Both the position numbers and the translations under genes were made by a program. Below, one piece after another: positions 9,201-17,653 of a stretch of DNA of 64,000 nt (position 1 is the stretch's first letter; each line of letters begins with the position of its first letter). This DNA comes from Candidatus Omnitrophota bacterium (GTDB lineage: Bacteria > Omnitrophota > Gorgyraeia > B26-G9): assembly GCA_043805415.1 (NCBI GenBank), contig JAZDHZ010000043.1, positions 5,844 through 69,843 of the forward strand, written 5' to 3'. The notes beneath the pieces are model-generated. The model was not told where the DNA came from and searched no databases. It saw only the letters and a list, made by a program, of their open reading frames with translations.

Positions 9201-11427
9201 TTTGCAGCTGAAACTGGCGGCAAAACTTACGGATATATTTACTGCTAAGGGAAATACTATTGAGGAAATTGCTCAGTGTTTATTTACTGTGGGAATTGGG
9301 CTGGATAATGTAGCGGTTATATTAAAAGCAAAAAGTACTGAGTTTGATAGTGCCTATAGCATTTTAACTAATCTTACCCAAGGGCAAAAACTTATGGATG
9401 TCGCATTTGCATTGATAAACAGCGGATTTGATAATGAAACAGTTGTCAGCACAGTTGTCGATGAACTTAAAATTCAGGGCAAGACTAATGCCGAAATTAT
9501 AAATCTTTTTATCGGAACTGTTGATCTTAAGAGCGGATTAACTGATACGCAGAAACAATGCGCATTGTCTTTAATAAAAAAATTGCGTGCTGAAGAAGGA
9601 GTATCCTTGTCAAGCATTTGCAATGACTTGGGCTCCACGGGATTAACTTTAGAAAAAATCCTTCCGCTTATGAAATCCGCGGAAATTAGTACAGAAGATA
9701 CTTTTAACGCGCTTTTAAGTTTTGACAAAGGACAAGATCCAGTGGAATTGGCAAATGTTTTAATGACTAATAATTATACGCATAAAGAAGTTTTTGAAGC
9801 ACTGGTAAATTATTTAGAGGGACTTGGTTCGGAATATAGTGTTAATAAGATAATTGAGATGGTAATCGGGGATATTGATGCTGAGAACGGATTAAGCGGG
9901 ATACAGCTGGGATACGCGCGTGATCTTGCTAATGCTTTTTTAGCAAATGATACTTCTTTAGAAGTCATTGCCACAGGATTTTTAAATCATGGGGTCACGC
10001 TTACAAATACCGTAATTATTTTAAAACTGGCTGAAGCGGAAGCAGAAGAAACTTACACGGCCCTGATGTCCGCATATGTGCCTAAGGAAGATGAAGTAGC
10101 GATTAGAGAGATAACATCAAAAATGATCAGCGCTGGGTACAGCTCTTTTACTGTTTATGCTTTTGCCGTTAAAAAGCTTGCTGATCAAGGGATCACTAAT
10201 GAAGTTGAAATAGTAGATATATTAATTGGACCGGTTAATTCCGAGGATTCCCAGCAACTTCGCAATGCCGGGAAACTATCGATGGTTATTAATTATAATA
10301 AAGCGATATTAACTGCCCAGAACACTGAGGAATCGTTTATTGTTTTATTTAAACAAGGATTTACCATAGAACAGATTACCCAGATGTTGAATGAAGGAGG
10401 AGTTAGCGACGAGCAAGTAAACGCGACCTTTTTGCAGGGATTTAGTGATATTGTTAAAGAATTAGTCAAATCAGGAATGAGCCCGGAGAGCATTGTTAAG
10501 TTACTTATTAATAAGGATAACAAACTAGATTATGTCCGGCCGCTTGCCGAACAGTTAAGACGCAATGATTTTGCCTCAACGGAAGTGCGCAGCGCTTTTT
10601 ATTCCATGCCTGGAGGCATGTACTCTTCGGATTGGGATCTTATCAGTAATGGTTTAGCAGATGCGGATGATTACCGGATTGAAAATACGCAAGAAGCTCA
10701 GACGATTAATTCGATGCTTAATGAAGGTCAGACTTTAACCGAGATTAGTCAGCATTTCGCGGAACAAGGATATCAGATGTCCTTTATCGGAAAACTGTTT
10801 AAAACTCTCGGACAATCAATTGAAGAAATATTTAATGCTTTGGATAATACTAAAACTTTTTATAGTGATGATCTTCTGGTTAATGATACTGCCGCTTCAA
10901 TTGTATTGCTAAAATATTATTCACACAAGGATGTTTTTACTTGCGCAACCCAATATTATAAGGAAAGGAACGTGAATTCTGAGGGGATTATTTTAAAGCT
11001 GATGAGTTCAGCGATTAAAGTTGATTCAACCAACGTTATCGCGGATACAATTGTAGGAGAGTATTACGCGTCTAAAGCCGATATTCAGACACAGTCTTTT
11101 GTAACTCTTATGGATGCTGGATATTCGGTTATTTGGATAAAAGACGCATTATTGAAAAAGAATTTTACTGCCGAAGCCATTGAAGCATTTATCCAAAATG
11201 GTGACAACTTTAAAGCGATATACCAGGGATTATCTGCCCAGGGATTTAGCGCCAGCAATATTGTTAAGCGTTTTGAAGTTGCGGAAAGCCCGGGAGAATA
11301 TACCGTACTCCTGGCTGAAAATATGATTAAAGATGGTCTCAGTGAAACGGAAGTAACCAGCATTCTTTTAAGTTATAAGGCTGATCCTGATTTAATAAAA
11401 CAAGGCATTGCCAGAGGATTAGCTTGA
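6205..11427 (+). CDS. 1740-aa secreted acidic protein with about 11 tandem ~115-aa alpha-helical repeats
   Basis: Signal peptide (…SIFA|QQ); motif xIIxxLIGxVDPxxGxSxxQxxNA recurs at 7081, 7423, 7765, 8110, 8455, 8800, 9145, 9490, 9844 and 10204, with a weaker copy near 6706. Confidence 0.85.
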   Translation: MDKRAQLIKICLILYCLEVFIPNSIFAQQLPEQTEAQTAIIEESFTDGNVETLTIAADPDTIHLESMLSSEQLAETYAYAFDLLNDQGAEDIITAYLENGYSLSAIGEILKNASFSLEDTFKAMVNHLGEDSLGEIIGALLEAKFKSGDVFKVAINHLKQVSPELTDNQIIEKVLGTSVDPANLKSLMQEIFIEKISSVSDPIKCDLVIAMIDSGFSLNEITSALTENGFSIDQIAQIYSLGSIDIGLTYDLLLNTPGSQETDVIRALLASSYTKSEVFECIVNKLSGTKSVEQIVSTIMGQIDVGGPSDEQLNNAIVLSGVLHAGGISISEISGAFLSAGFNLDNVVAVLNGIGTALDDAFATLLGANGGQSIADVAAALISNGFDVHAVFALSTAEFKNQGVGLTQVVQALIGTIDPEKGPTKNQTDNSRLLVDVLLNADDSLQNIAEAFIANDFGLENTAKLFKSNGVSAVDTYNALVGATEGEYASVAVAMTTIGFTGSIVIELAVTDLKAHEFSNADIMSMLIGTVEEGKIPTNPQITIAGCLTKILIDQGVALPEIGENLISQGFNLNYTAKIFKKADVDITEAFSVMIKLDAEAGFDVVCADLKAAGYRAADIFKEAVTALQEQGHGVSEIINILITAVDSGKNATGAQINNAGDLVKYLISGGSASQEICEGLLAINFSLSDIAKVMRKTSVELDVVFAEILALGGGQDIGLVSEALIAGSYDRNSVFQIAIGELKAQDYSTAAIINTLIGVVDPEEGQSVYQKTNAPYLLLSLSLDGGNLEEICGGFLSAGFSLDEIASATKKVNIDLIQTYSALLNANGGQDSEAVINALNNAGYEISTLFELIVPELQGKDYSTAQIITFLIGNVNPVSGLSAKQLERAHILVYVLSETGESIENISTAMATAGFKVEDNAKILYRKIGDAAEAYNLLTSTYGQESVTTIALGMINAGYDIESVLNIIIPIFEDQELSMPDIISTIIGVIASENKPTSLQLKLAAKLTDIFTAKGNTIEEIAQCLFTVGIGLDNVAVILKAKSTEFDSAYSILTNLTQGQKLMDVAFALINSGFDNETVVSTVVDELKIQGKTNAEIINLFIGTVDLKSGLTDTQKQCALSLIKKLRAEEGVSLSSICNDLGSTGLTLEKILPLMKSAEISTEDTFNALLSFDKGQDPVELANVLMTNNYTHKEVFEALVNYLEGLGSEYSVNKIIEMVIGDIDAENGLSGIQLGYARDLANAFLANDTSLEVIATGFLNHGVTLTNTVIILKLAEAEAEETYTALMSAYVPKEDEVAIREITSKMISAGYSSFTVYAFAVKKLADQGITNEVEIVDILIGPVNSEDSQQLRNAGKLSMVINYNKAILTAQNTEESFIVLFKQGFTIEQITQMLNEGGVSDEQVNATFLQGFSDIVKELVKSGMSPESIVKLLINKDNKLDYVRPLAEQLRRNDFASTEVRSAFYSMPGGMYSSDWDLISNGLADADDYRIENTQEAQTINSMLNEGQTLTEISQHFAEQGYQMSFIGKLFKTLGQSIEEIFNALDNTKTFYSDDLLVNDTAASIVLLKYYSHKDVFTCATQYYKERNVNSEGIILKLMSSAIKVDSTNVIADTIVGEYYASKADIQTQSFVTLMDAGYSVIWIKDALLKKNFTAEAIEAFIQNGDNFKAIYQGLSAQGFSASNIVKRFEVAESPGEYTVLLAENMIKDGLSETEVTSILLSYKADPDLIKQGIARGLA

Positions 11428-11477
11428 TCAGAGACTAAACTGATTATTTAGCAATAAATCTATAGTGTATAAACAAA

Positions 11478-11518
11478 AATAAAAAAAGGAGCATTTTTTA
11501 ATGACTCCTTTTTTTATT
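11478..11518 (+). terminator. intrinsic (potentially bidirectional) terminator
   Basis: AATAAAAAAAGGAG-CATT...AATG-ACTCCTTTTTTTATT. Confidence 0.8.
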
Positions 11519-11655
11519 GCTTTATCTAATAATTAAAACTGGATTTACTGAACAACAGATTGACAGCTATTTAGACACCTCAAAAAAAATCACTCTTAAA
11601 CATTAAAATGTTGAAATTGATAAATATTTTACATATAATGAGTTAGAAACTTATC

Positions 11656-11731
11656 GGGGCAGTGGCTCAGCTGGGAGAGCACCACGTTCGCAACGTGGGG
11701 GTCGTGAGTTCGAATCTCATCTGCTCCACCA
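11656..11731 (+). tRNA. tRNA-Ala(CGC)
   Basis: 76-nt cloverleaf, anticodon loop TT-CGC-AA, G3:U70 pair, encoded CCA. Confidence 0.95.
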
Positions 11732-11734
11732 TAT

Positions 11735-11769
11735 AAAAGAGGCTATTTTTACAATAGTCTCTTTTTTTT
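11735..11769 (+). terminator. terminator after tRNA-Ala
   Basis: AAAAGAGGCTATT...AATAGTCTCTTTTTTTT. Confidence 0.8.
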
Positions 11770-12022
11770 ACGTCGATAAAGCAAGAAAAAGCTCACGGAT
11801 GCTCTACTAAAATAAGAACTTCTCAATTACTACCAATTTATATCAATTATGCTGTATTTTGCTGGATTATAGTCATTATTTAGTCACTAGTCACCAGTAT
11901 GTATGATGCTCAGGAAGCTTAATTATTAGGCTATTTAATTTTTACTCAGGTATATATGGCGAATCAGCTAAAAACAGGGTATACTTAATTGTTTTTAATA
12001 AACCAATATAAAATAGAATGAT

Positions 12023-12793
12023 ATGTCTAAAAAAATTATACTTACATTAATAAATTCAGTTCTAATTCTATTGCTATTTGGCATCTATGCGTTTGCTAAA
12101 AATCAAATTGTTTTAGATGTTTTATCTCCAAAGCTTAATTTAGAAAAAATCTCTTTTGAAAAATATATGTTAAAAGACCGAGTAAAACTGCTTGCCACTT
12201 TAAAGGTTTACACTCAGGAGATTGAGAATCCTTACCAAGTCTTAGGGAGGGTCACGCATCGAATTATGATGAATGATGAGAACTTAATAATCAGGGAACA
12301 AGTTAAAAAGGACGGAATGACAAGAGAAGTACATAATTCTTTATTACGGATCCTAGATGATGGGACTGAGCAGTTATTAGGACAATGTTGGTATAAGATT
12401 AATAGAAACGACGCGATTTTAGCTGGAGATGCTTCTAATATGCGTCTGCCAGCTTTTAAGATCAAGGAAGAAGGAAAGGGCTATGGTACTGTTCTTTTTG
12501 CCGCAGTATTAGAAAGTGCCAGAAATTATGATGTAACATCCTTTACTGTAAACATTGCGCTAACTTCAATATATGAACGTTTTGGATTTAGAGAGGTGGA
12601 ATATGGAATCCTTGATGAATTATATAGAATAATAAACCCAGAAGATCCCTCTTTTTTTAATACTGCAATTGATTTAGCGAAAGAACGGGGTATTACAGTG
12701 AGTTTTACCCTTCAAGAACTACCTTTCTCAGAAAAACCAGTTTTTGCACGATCAATTATCGGACTAGAAAAACCCTTCGCTCAATCAATTTAA
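12023..12793 (+). CDS. secreted protein with GNAT-like acetyltransferase motif
   Basis: Signal peptide (…YAFA|KN); EGKGYGTVLF motif A and IYERFGF motif B. Confidence 0.55.
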   Translation: MSKKIILTLINSVLILLLFGIYAFAKNQIVLDVLSPKLNLEKISFEKYMLKDRVKLLATLKVYTQEIENPYQVLGRVTHRIMMNDENLIIREQVKKDGMTREVHNSLLRILDDGTEQLLGQCWYKINRNDAILAGDASNMRLPAFKIKEEGKGYGTVLFAAVLESARNYDVTSFTVNIALTSIYERFGFREVEYGILDELYRIINPEDPSFFNTAIDLAKERGITVSFTLQELPFSEKPVFARSIIGLEKPFAQSI

Positions 12794-12865
12794 TCATCCA
12801 GACATTGCCGCTGTTAAAATACTATCTATTATACTGCCACTAGTTAACAAAAAAATGTTAATTAA

Positions 12866-13060
12866 TATTTTTTAACGAAAAATAAACAAATTTTTCCCTT
12901 AGCTGATATCAAAATCAAGGAAAACAGTTCCTGGGATATCCAGGTCTATAATAAAAAATTGTTTAAAAAAGTCCTATTTGAAAGTTCTTTGGGTTTGGGT
13001 GAATCATATTTTCTTGCCGGAATTCATTGCGGGAGGGACGTGAATTTGAATCCAATCTGA
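12866..13060 (+). pseudogene. cfa: 5' remnant of cyclopropane-fatty-acyl-phospholipid synthase
   Basis: Translates to LADIKIKENSSWDIQVYNKKLFKKVLFESSLGLGESYF, matching the Cfa N-terminus pattern (DIxVxNxxFxKRVLxEGSLGLGESY); no start codon and an early stop. Confidence 0.75.
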
Positions 13061-13107
13061 TCTATTCTGGAAATTAATTTTAAAAACAAAAATTGAATAA
13101 TATGAAA

Positions 13108-13587
13108 TTAACTAGTTTTACTTTCTGCTTCTGATTCAAACGCGAAAAAATGATTAAGCAGGGCCTTATACCATTCATCCTGTAAATCATATTTTGCTAT
13201 TTTAATACTAAATTTCAATGTTTCTATAGCTACTTCCGCTTTAAATAACACTTCATTATTTTTATTAATTTCAACATACGGAGTTATTCCTTTGCCGCAG
13301 CCGTAGACAATAAAGTAGATGTCGTATTTACTCCGATATGAAAATTTATGCACTGTTTTATAACCACTATTAGTTTTTTCAGCCCAAACATCTTTTCGCT
13401 CAATAGTCCTATAACTCCAGTCCTTTTCCGCATTGCCTTTGCCAACAAAACCCTCGGCAGCATTTAATTCATCTTGTATGGTTTTTAGGACTCTATAAAT
13501 TTTTAACGCGATTGTACAATCCATTTCTAGCTTTTTTTCTAAATTCTTATCATCCTGCTGTCTTGAGTTTAAATTTTCATCTGGCAT
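13108..13587 (-). CDS. hypothetical protein
   Basis: 159-aa ORF with an RBS-like AAGGG upstream; no recognised motif. Confidence 0.65.
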   Translation of the reverse strand: MPDENLNSRQQDDKNLEKKLEMDCTIALKIYRVLKTIQDELNAAEGFVGKGNAEKDWSYRTIERKDVWAEKTNSGYKTVHKFSYRSKYDIYFIVYGCGKGITPYVEINKNNEVLFKAEVAIETLKFSIKIAKYDLQDEWYKALLNHFFAFESEAESKTS

Positions 13588-13920
13588 ATAACACCCTTTA
13601 ATTAGTAAAACAATAATTAGATTTAATTAATATATGATACACGAATTAATCCTGTCAATCTAAAGCTATATAGAATCTTCAATTAGGCAAACAAAAACCA
13701 TAGCAATCAGAAAACTTACCTGCCTAATATCCCTTTTTTTATTGACAACTGATAGTAAATATTAGCTGTGACCAAATAAGAAAAGTTTTTATTTAATAAT
13801 AGGCATTATTTAAACACTATCTGCAAAAACCCAATCCTAACAAAATAATTGAAGTTTTATAACTAGAATCATATTATATTTGTACCTGGATAAAAAATCA
13901 ACACTTTTTATTGACGGATT

Positions 13921-13965
13921 CCATTCGCGAGGTGGGGGCGCGCGGGTCGAATCCGATCTGCTCGA
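13921..13965 (+). pseudogene. degenerate copy of the tRNA-Ala 3' half (att-like scar)
   Basis: Ungapped 29/40 match to tRNA-Ala: TTCGC, GTGGGGG, TCGAATC and ATCTGCTC blocks. Confidence 0.6.
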
Positions 13966-14278
13966 TTATCAGGAAATTAATTAAAAATACAAATCAAATG
14001 ATTTTTTTTATAAAACTTTTGAATGCTTTTGCGTTTAGGTATACAATATTAATGTCAGATGAAGCTGATCCTGAATCTGAAGAAAATAAAGCAGTGAAGA
14101 ATCGGTTAAAGGCAAATAGAATAATAAAAATTAATTAAAAATTTCATGAAGCCAGTCGAGATAAATGATCTTAATGGTTTTAATCAGTTTCTGTTGAGTT
14201 CTGTCCATCCGGCAGACGCGTTTAGAAATACCCTCAATAGTTTATTTGATATTTCTAATCAGCAAAAGGAGGCAAGTA

Positions 14279-14687
14279 ATGGCTAAAAAAACAATCAGAA
14301 TATCCCAGCTGGAGGAGCATAGTGATGAGCGGGGTGTTAGCTTTTCCGTTCCCGCGGCGAATCTAAGTTATATTAAGAAAATCAATAATATGCATTTTGC
14401 CACGATTATGCCCGGGGCTGTTCGCGGCAATCATTATCATGAACAAAAGAAAGAATGTCTTTTGGTCATATATTCTGATGCTTGGATTTTTAGTTATCAG
14501 GAAAAAAAAAGCAAAGCAGCCGATGTTTAAACATTTTGAAGGTCAATCAGGAGTTGTGATTGAGGTTGATCCGGGGGTAGCGCATGGGCTTAAAAATACA
14601 GGCACTAAACCGCTGATTGTCGGGGTATTTTCCAATAAAGCAAATGATCTGAATAATCCTGACAATATTAGTAAAATCGTGGTATAA
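14279..14687 (+). pseudogene. WxcM-like cupin (sugar epimerase/isomerase family) split by a +1 frameshift in an A9 tract
   Basis: RBS AGGAGG; DERG and PGAVRGNHYH in the first frame, PGVAHGLKNTG in the second; A8 instead of A9 at 14502-14510 restores one ORF. Confidence 0.8.
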
Positions 14688-14696
14688 TATTTTGAA

Positions 14697-15383
14697 ATGA
14701 AAAACTTTATTTTAAATAATCTAATCATATTGTTTATCCAAATTCTTTTTGTCACCGCGGTGTACGCGGAAGTCGGTATCGGCAGTACCCGGCAAGAGGT
14801 TATCAGTGCTTTTGGTGAGCCTTCGGGAATAATGACTAGCGGCCAGGAAGAAATTCTCAGCTATCCGGGCGGGATGATTGTGATCTTTGACGGCAAAGTT
14901 AGTAATATGGATAAGGATTTTGGCAAACGTTTAGAATCGCGTAAAGAAGAAACAGAATTCAGCGCTCAGCAGCAGGAAAAAGGATTAGTTGAGCACTTAG
15001 GCCAATGGGTAACACCCGCGGAAAAACAAAAAGCGGAAAGTCGAAAAAACCTTAGCCAGCAGATAATGATTTTTTCCAATGGCGGCGCGGAAATAACTGT
15101 TGATCAGATTCTTGTGCCAGGTAAAATAACCTTGCTTGATTTTTATGCTGATTGGTGCGCGCCTTGCAAACAACTCTCGCCTTATCTTGAAAAGCTGGCG
15201 AATAGTGATAAAGATGTTTATCTGCGTAAAGTTAATATTGTTAAATGGGGAACTCCGGTAACTAAACAATTTTCTATAAACAGTGTTCCTGATGTGCGGG
15301 TATTTGACCGCTATGGCCGCATGGTCGGCAGACCAACATATGATTTTAATGAAATTCTATCCTATGTAAAACGCTCCAAATAA
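14697..15383 (+). CDS. exported thioredoxin-domain protein
   Basis: Signal peptide; DFYADWCAPC; cis-Pro SVP; N-terminal IGSTRQEVISAFGEP SmpA-like motif. Confidence 0.8.
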   Translation: MKNFILNNLIILFIQILFVTAVYAEVGIGSTRQEVISAFGEPSGIMTSGQEEILSYPGGMIVIFDGKVSNMDKDFGKRLESRKEETEFSAQQQEKGLVEHLGQWVTPAEKQKAESRKNLSQQIMIFSNGGAEITVDQILVPGKITLLDFYADWCAPCKQLSPYLEKLANSDKDVYLRKVNIVKWGTPVTKQFSINSVPDVRVFDRYGRMVGRPTYDFNEILSYVKRSK

Positions 15384-15577
15384 TAGTGTTCTTAAATCCC
15401 ACAATCTCAAACCTTGCGAATAAACCATTTAAAAAAATACTGGATTAAGCATTAAAACCCTAAAGCTTTGACTATTTCAGCAGTCTAATAAGCATGGCCA
15501 AATTAAGCTTAGAATGCTTAAGAAATAGTAAACAGGGGAAAGCCTAAATAATTTTGGCTTTTGTTCAGCATATTTTA

Positions 15578-15606
15578 TTGACAAGAACTATATTATCAGG
15601 TATAGT
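15578..15606 (+). promoter_or_regulatory. sigma70 promoter of the antiporter gene
   Basis: TTGACA-17 nt-TATAGT. Confidence 0.75.
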
Positions 15607-15620
15607 TTATGGCAAATAGC

Positions 15621-15660
15621 CATTATGAGTTAGTATGAGTCATTATGAGTTAGTATAAGA
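15621..15660 (+). repeat. 10-bp-period tandem repeat in the 5' leader
   Basis: CATTATGAGT TAGTATGAGT CATTATGAGT TAGTATAAGA. Confidence 0.8.
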
Positions 15661-15722
15661 TATGATAATCAAGTAAATATTAAGTCAAAATCTAATAAGT
15701 CAGGATTGGAGTTTAAATATAA

Positions 15723-17375
15723 ATGAATATAAATATGCTTTTATTAACCGGAATATCTATATTTTTAGGGACTTTTGGCGGTAAGTTATTTCAAAAATTC
15801 AAAATCCCTCAGGTTGTTGGCTATATAGTAGTCGGGGTTATAATGGGCCAATCAGTTTTAGGCATATTAGATGCCAAGACTATTGAAATGTTTACTCCCT
15901 TAATAAATATAGCCTTAGGGATTATCGGCTTTAGAATCGGGGCTGAATTAAAAGCCGAAGTTTTTAAGAAATACGGCCGTTCGATTTACATGATTTTGTT
16001 TGGGGAAGGGATATTAGCCTTTATTGTGGTTGCGGTATTAGTTACCTTGGTCACAAAAAAGCTGTATTTAGGACTGCTTTTAGGGGCAATTGCCTCAGCA
16101 ACCGCGCCGGCTGCTACTACTGATGTGCTTTGGGAATATAAAGCAAGAGGGCCTTTGACCACAACCCTGTTCGCGATTGTTGCCTTAGACGATGCTTTGG
16201 CACTGATCATCTACGGATTTGCCAGCGTTTTTGCCAAATCAATGCTAGCGCATGCTGATTTCTCTTTTTTTCAAAGCGTGCTAATCCCAATTTTTGATTT
16301 AATTAAATCCTGTCTGATCGGCGCTGGTTGCGGATTCGCGCTTTCCGCACTTTTGCGTCGGATTAAAGATAAAGAACTGATGTTTTCTTTTTCACTTGCC
16401 TTTATTATCTTTACTGTAGGCTTGGCGATATTTTTTCAGCTTGATTTTATATTATCCGCAATGACCTTAGGCGCGGTGTTTGCTAATATCTCTCCCCAGA
16501 TCAGCCGAAAAGTATTTGATACTATTGAATCTTTTAGCCCTCCGATATATGTGATCTTTTTTATTCTTGTTGGCGCGCGTTTGCAAGCCAAGTTATTTCT
16601 AAACGCAAGTATCGCTTTATTGGCAATTGTGTATTTAATCGGCAGAACTTCAGGTAAAATGGCCGGCGCTTATTTGGGCGGTTTTTTTTCCAAAGCACAC
16701 AAGATGGTAACTAAATATTTAGGTTTATGCCTTTTTTCTCAAGCCGGGGTAGCTATTGGTTTAGCAATGGTGGTTTATCACAATTTCAGTTTATTAGGCC
16801 CGGAAGGAGAAAAGGTCGGATTGCTTGTCTTGAATATAATCACGGCCACTACTTTTGTGGTGCAGTTAGTTGGTCCAGCTTGCGTTAAGTTTGCCATAAC
16901 CAAGGCGGATGAAGTCTGGCGCAATGTAAATGAAGAGGATGTAATCGAATCCAGTACTGTCAGTGATTTTATGCGCAAAGATTTTACATTTGTAAAAGAA
17001 AATGCCAGCTTAGACAAGATAATGCGAGCAATTAAAGAAAGAGAGTCATATCACTTTCCGGTGGTTGATAATCAAGGAGAATTAACCGGATTAATATCTT
17101 TGGGAAATTTAAGAAATATATTTGGAGAAGAACAGCTGGGTAATGTTATTTTAGCCAGGGATTTGGCTGAACCTGTACGAAAAGTGCTTTATCCTAACCA
17201 GCCGTTAAAAGAAGCCTTTGAAATCTTTCAAAAAAGAGAAATCGAGTATTTGCCGGTGGTGAAAAATGAAAACTCTAAGGAGATTGTGGGAATAGTCGAA
17301 TACCAGGGATTGGTTGATACGGTAAATCGAAAAACTTTGGAACGCCAAGAAAGTTTGGATAAAAAACATAGCTAA
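15723..17375 (+). CDS. cation:proton antiporter (CPA family) with C-terminal CBS pair
   Basis: About 12 TM helices, ATAPAAT and VALDDA motifs; CBS motifs FPVVDNQGELTGLIS and LPVV...IVGIV. Confidence 0.9.
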   Translation: MNINMLLLTGISIFLGTFGGKLFQKFKIPQVVGYIVVGVIMGQSVLGILDAKTIEMFTPLINIALGIIGFRIGAELKAEVFKKYGRSIYMILFGEGILAFIVVAVLVTLVTKKLYLGLLLGAIASATAPAATTDVLWEYKARGPLTTTLFAIVALDDALALIIYGFASVFAKSMLAHADFSFFQSVLIPIFDLIKSCLIGAGCGFALSALLRRIKDKELMFSFSLAFIIFTVGLAIFFQLDFILSAMTLGAVFANISPQISRKVFDTIESFSPPIYVIFFILVGARLQAKLFLNASIALLAIVYLIGRTSGKMAGAYLGGFFSKAHKMVTKYLGLCLFSQAGVAIGLAMVVYHNFSLLGPEGEKVGLLVLNIITATTFVVQLVGPACVKFAITKADEVWRNVNEEDVIESSTVSDFMRKDFTFVKENASLDKIMRAIKERESYHFPVVDNQGELTGLISLGNLRNIFGEEQLGNVILARDLAEPVRKVLYPNQPLKEAFEIFQKREIEYLPVVKNENSKEIVGIVEYQGLVDTVNRKTLERQESLDKKHS

Positions 17376-17485
17376 GTAAGCCTTGATTTATTGAGCTCAA
17401 AGCAGGCTTATTCTCATGGGTCTGAGAATAAAAAGTTCACAGCTTTTATTTTACAAAATAGTATTCTGTGATATAATCCTCTAAT

Positions 17486-17653
17486 ATGAAAGGTCCGAAA
17501 AAACCCTCAGAGCATGATATCTGGTTTGTGAATAAAATCAGGAAAGAGAATTCTCTTAACAAGGTGAATACTCGCCAACAGCGGATAGTCGATCGGGTTA
17601 GACGCTGGGAAAAGTATCATGGACCGATTGATCAACAGGAGTGGAAATTTTAA
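17486..17653 (+). CDS. unannotated 55-aa near-leaderless ORF translationally coupled to crcB
   Basis: MKGPKKPSEHDIWFVNKIRKENSLNKVNTRQQRIVDRVRRWEKYHGPIDQQEWKF; ATG 8 nt after TG-A-TATAAT; stop overlaps the crcB start (TAATG). Confidence 0.55.
   Translation: MKGPKKPSEHDIWFVNKIRKENSLNKVNTRQQRIVDRVRRWEKYHGPIDQQEWKF

Noticed and set aside
7020-11363. Short minus-strand ORFs inside the giant gene (and similar ones inside accC, guaA, dnaE, pilT and others)
   Set aside because: Antisense shadows of well-supported genes with no motifs or RBS
13911-14138. 75-aa ORF (MTDSIREVGARGSNPICSI...)
   Set aside because: The N-terminus is the translation of the degenerate tRNA fragment; TTG start with no RBS
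17400-17650. Canonical fluoride riboswitch upstream of crcB
   Set aside because: No GGCGATGG/GGAGATGG..CGCC..(T)AATGA consensus found
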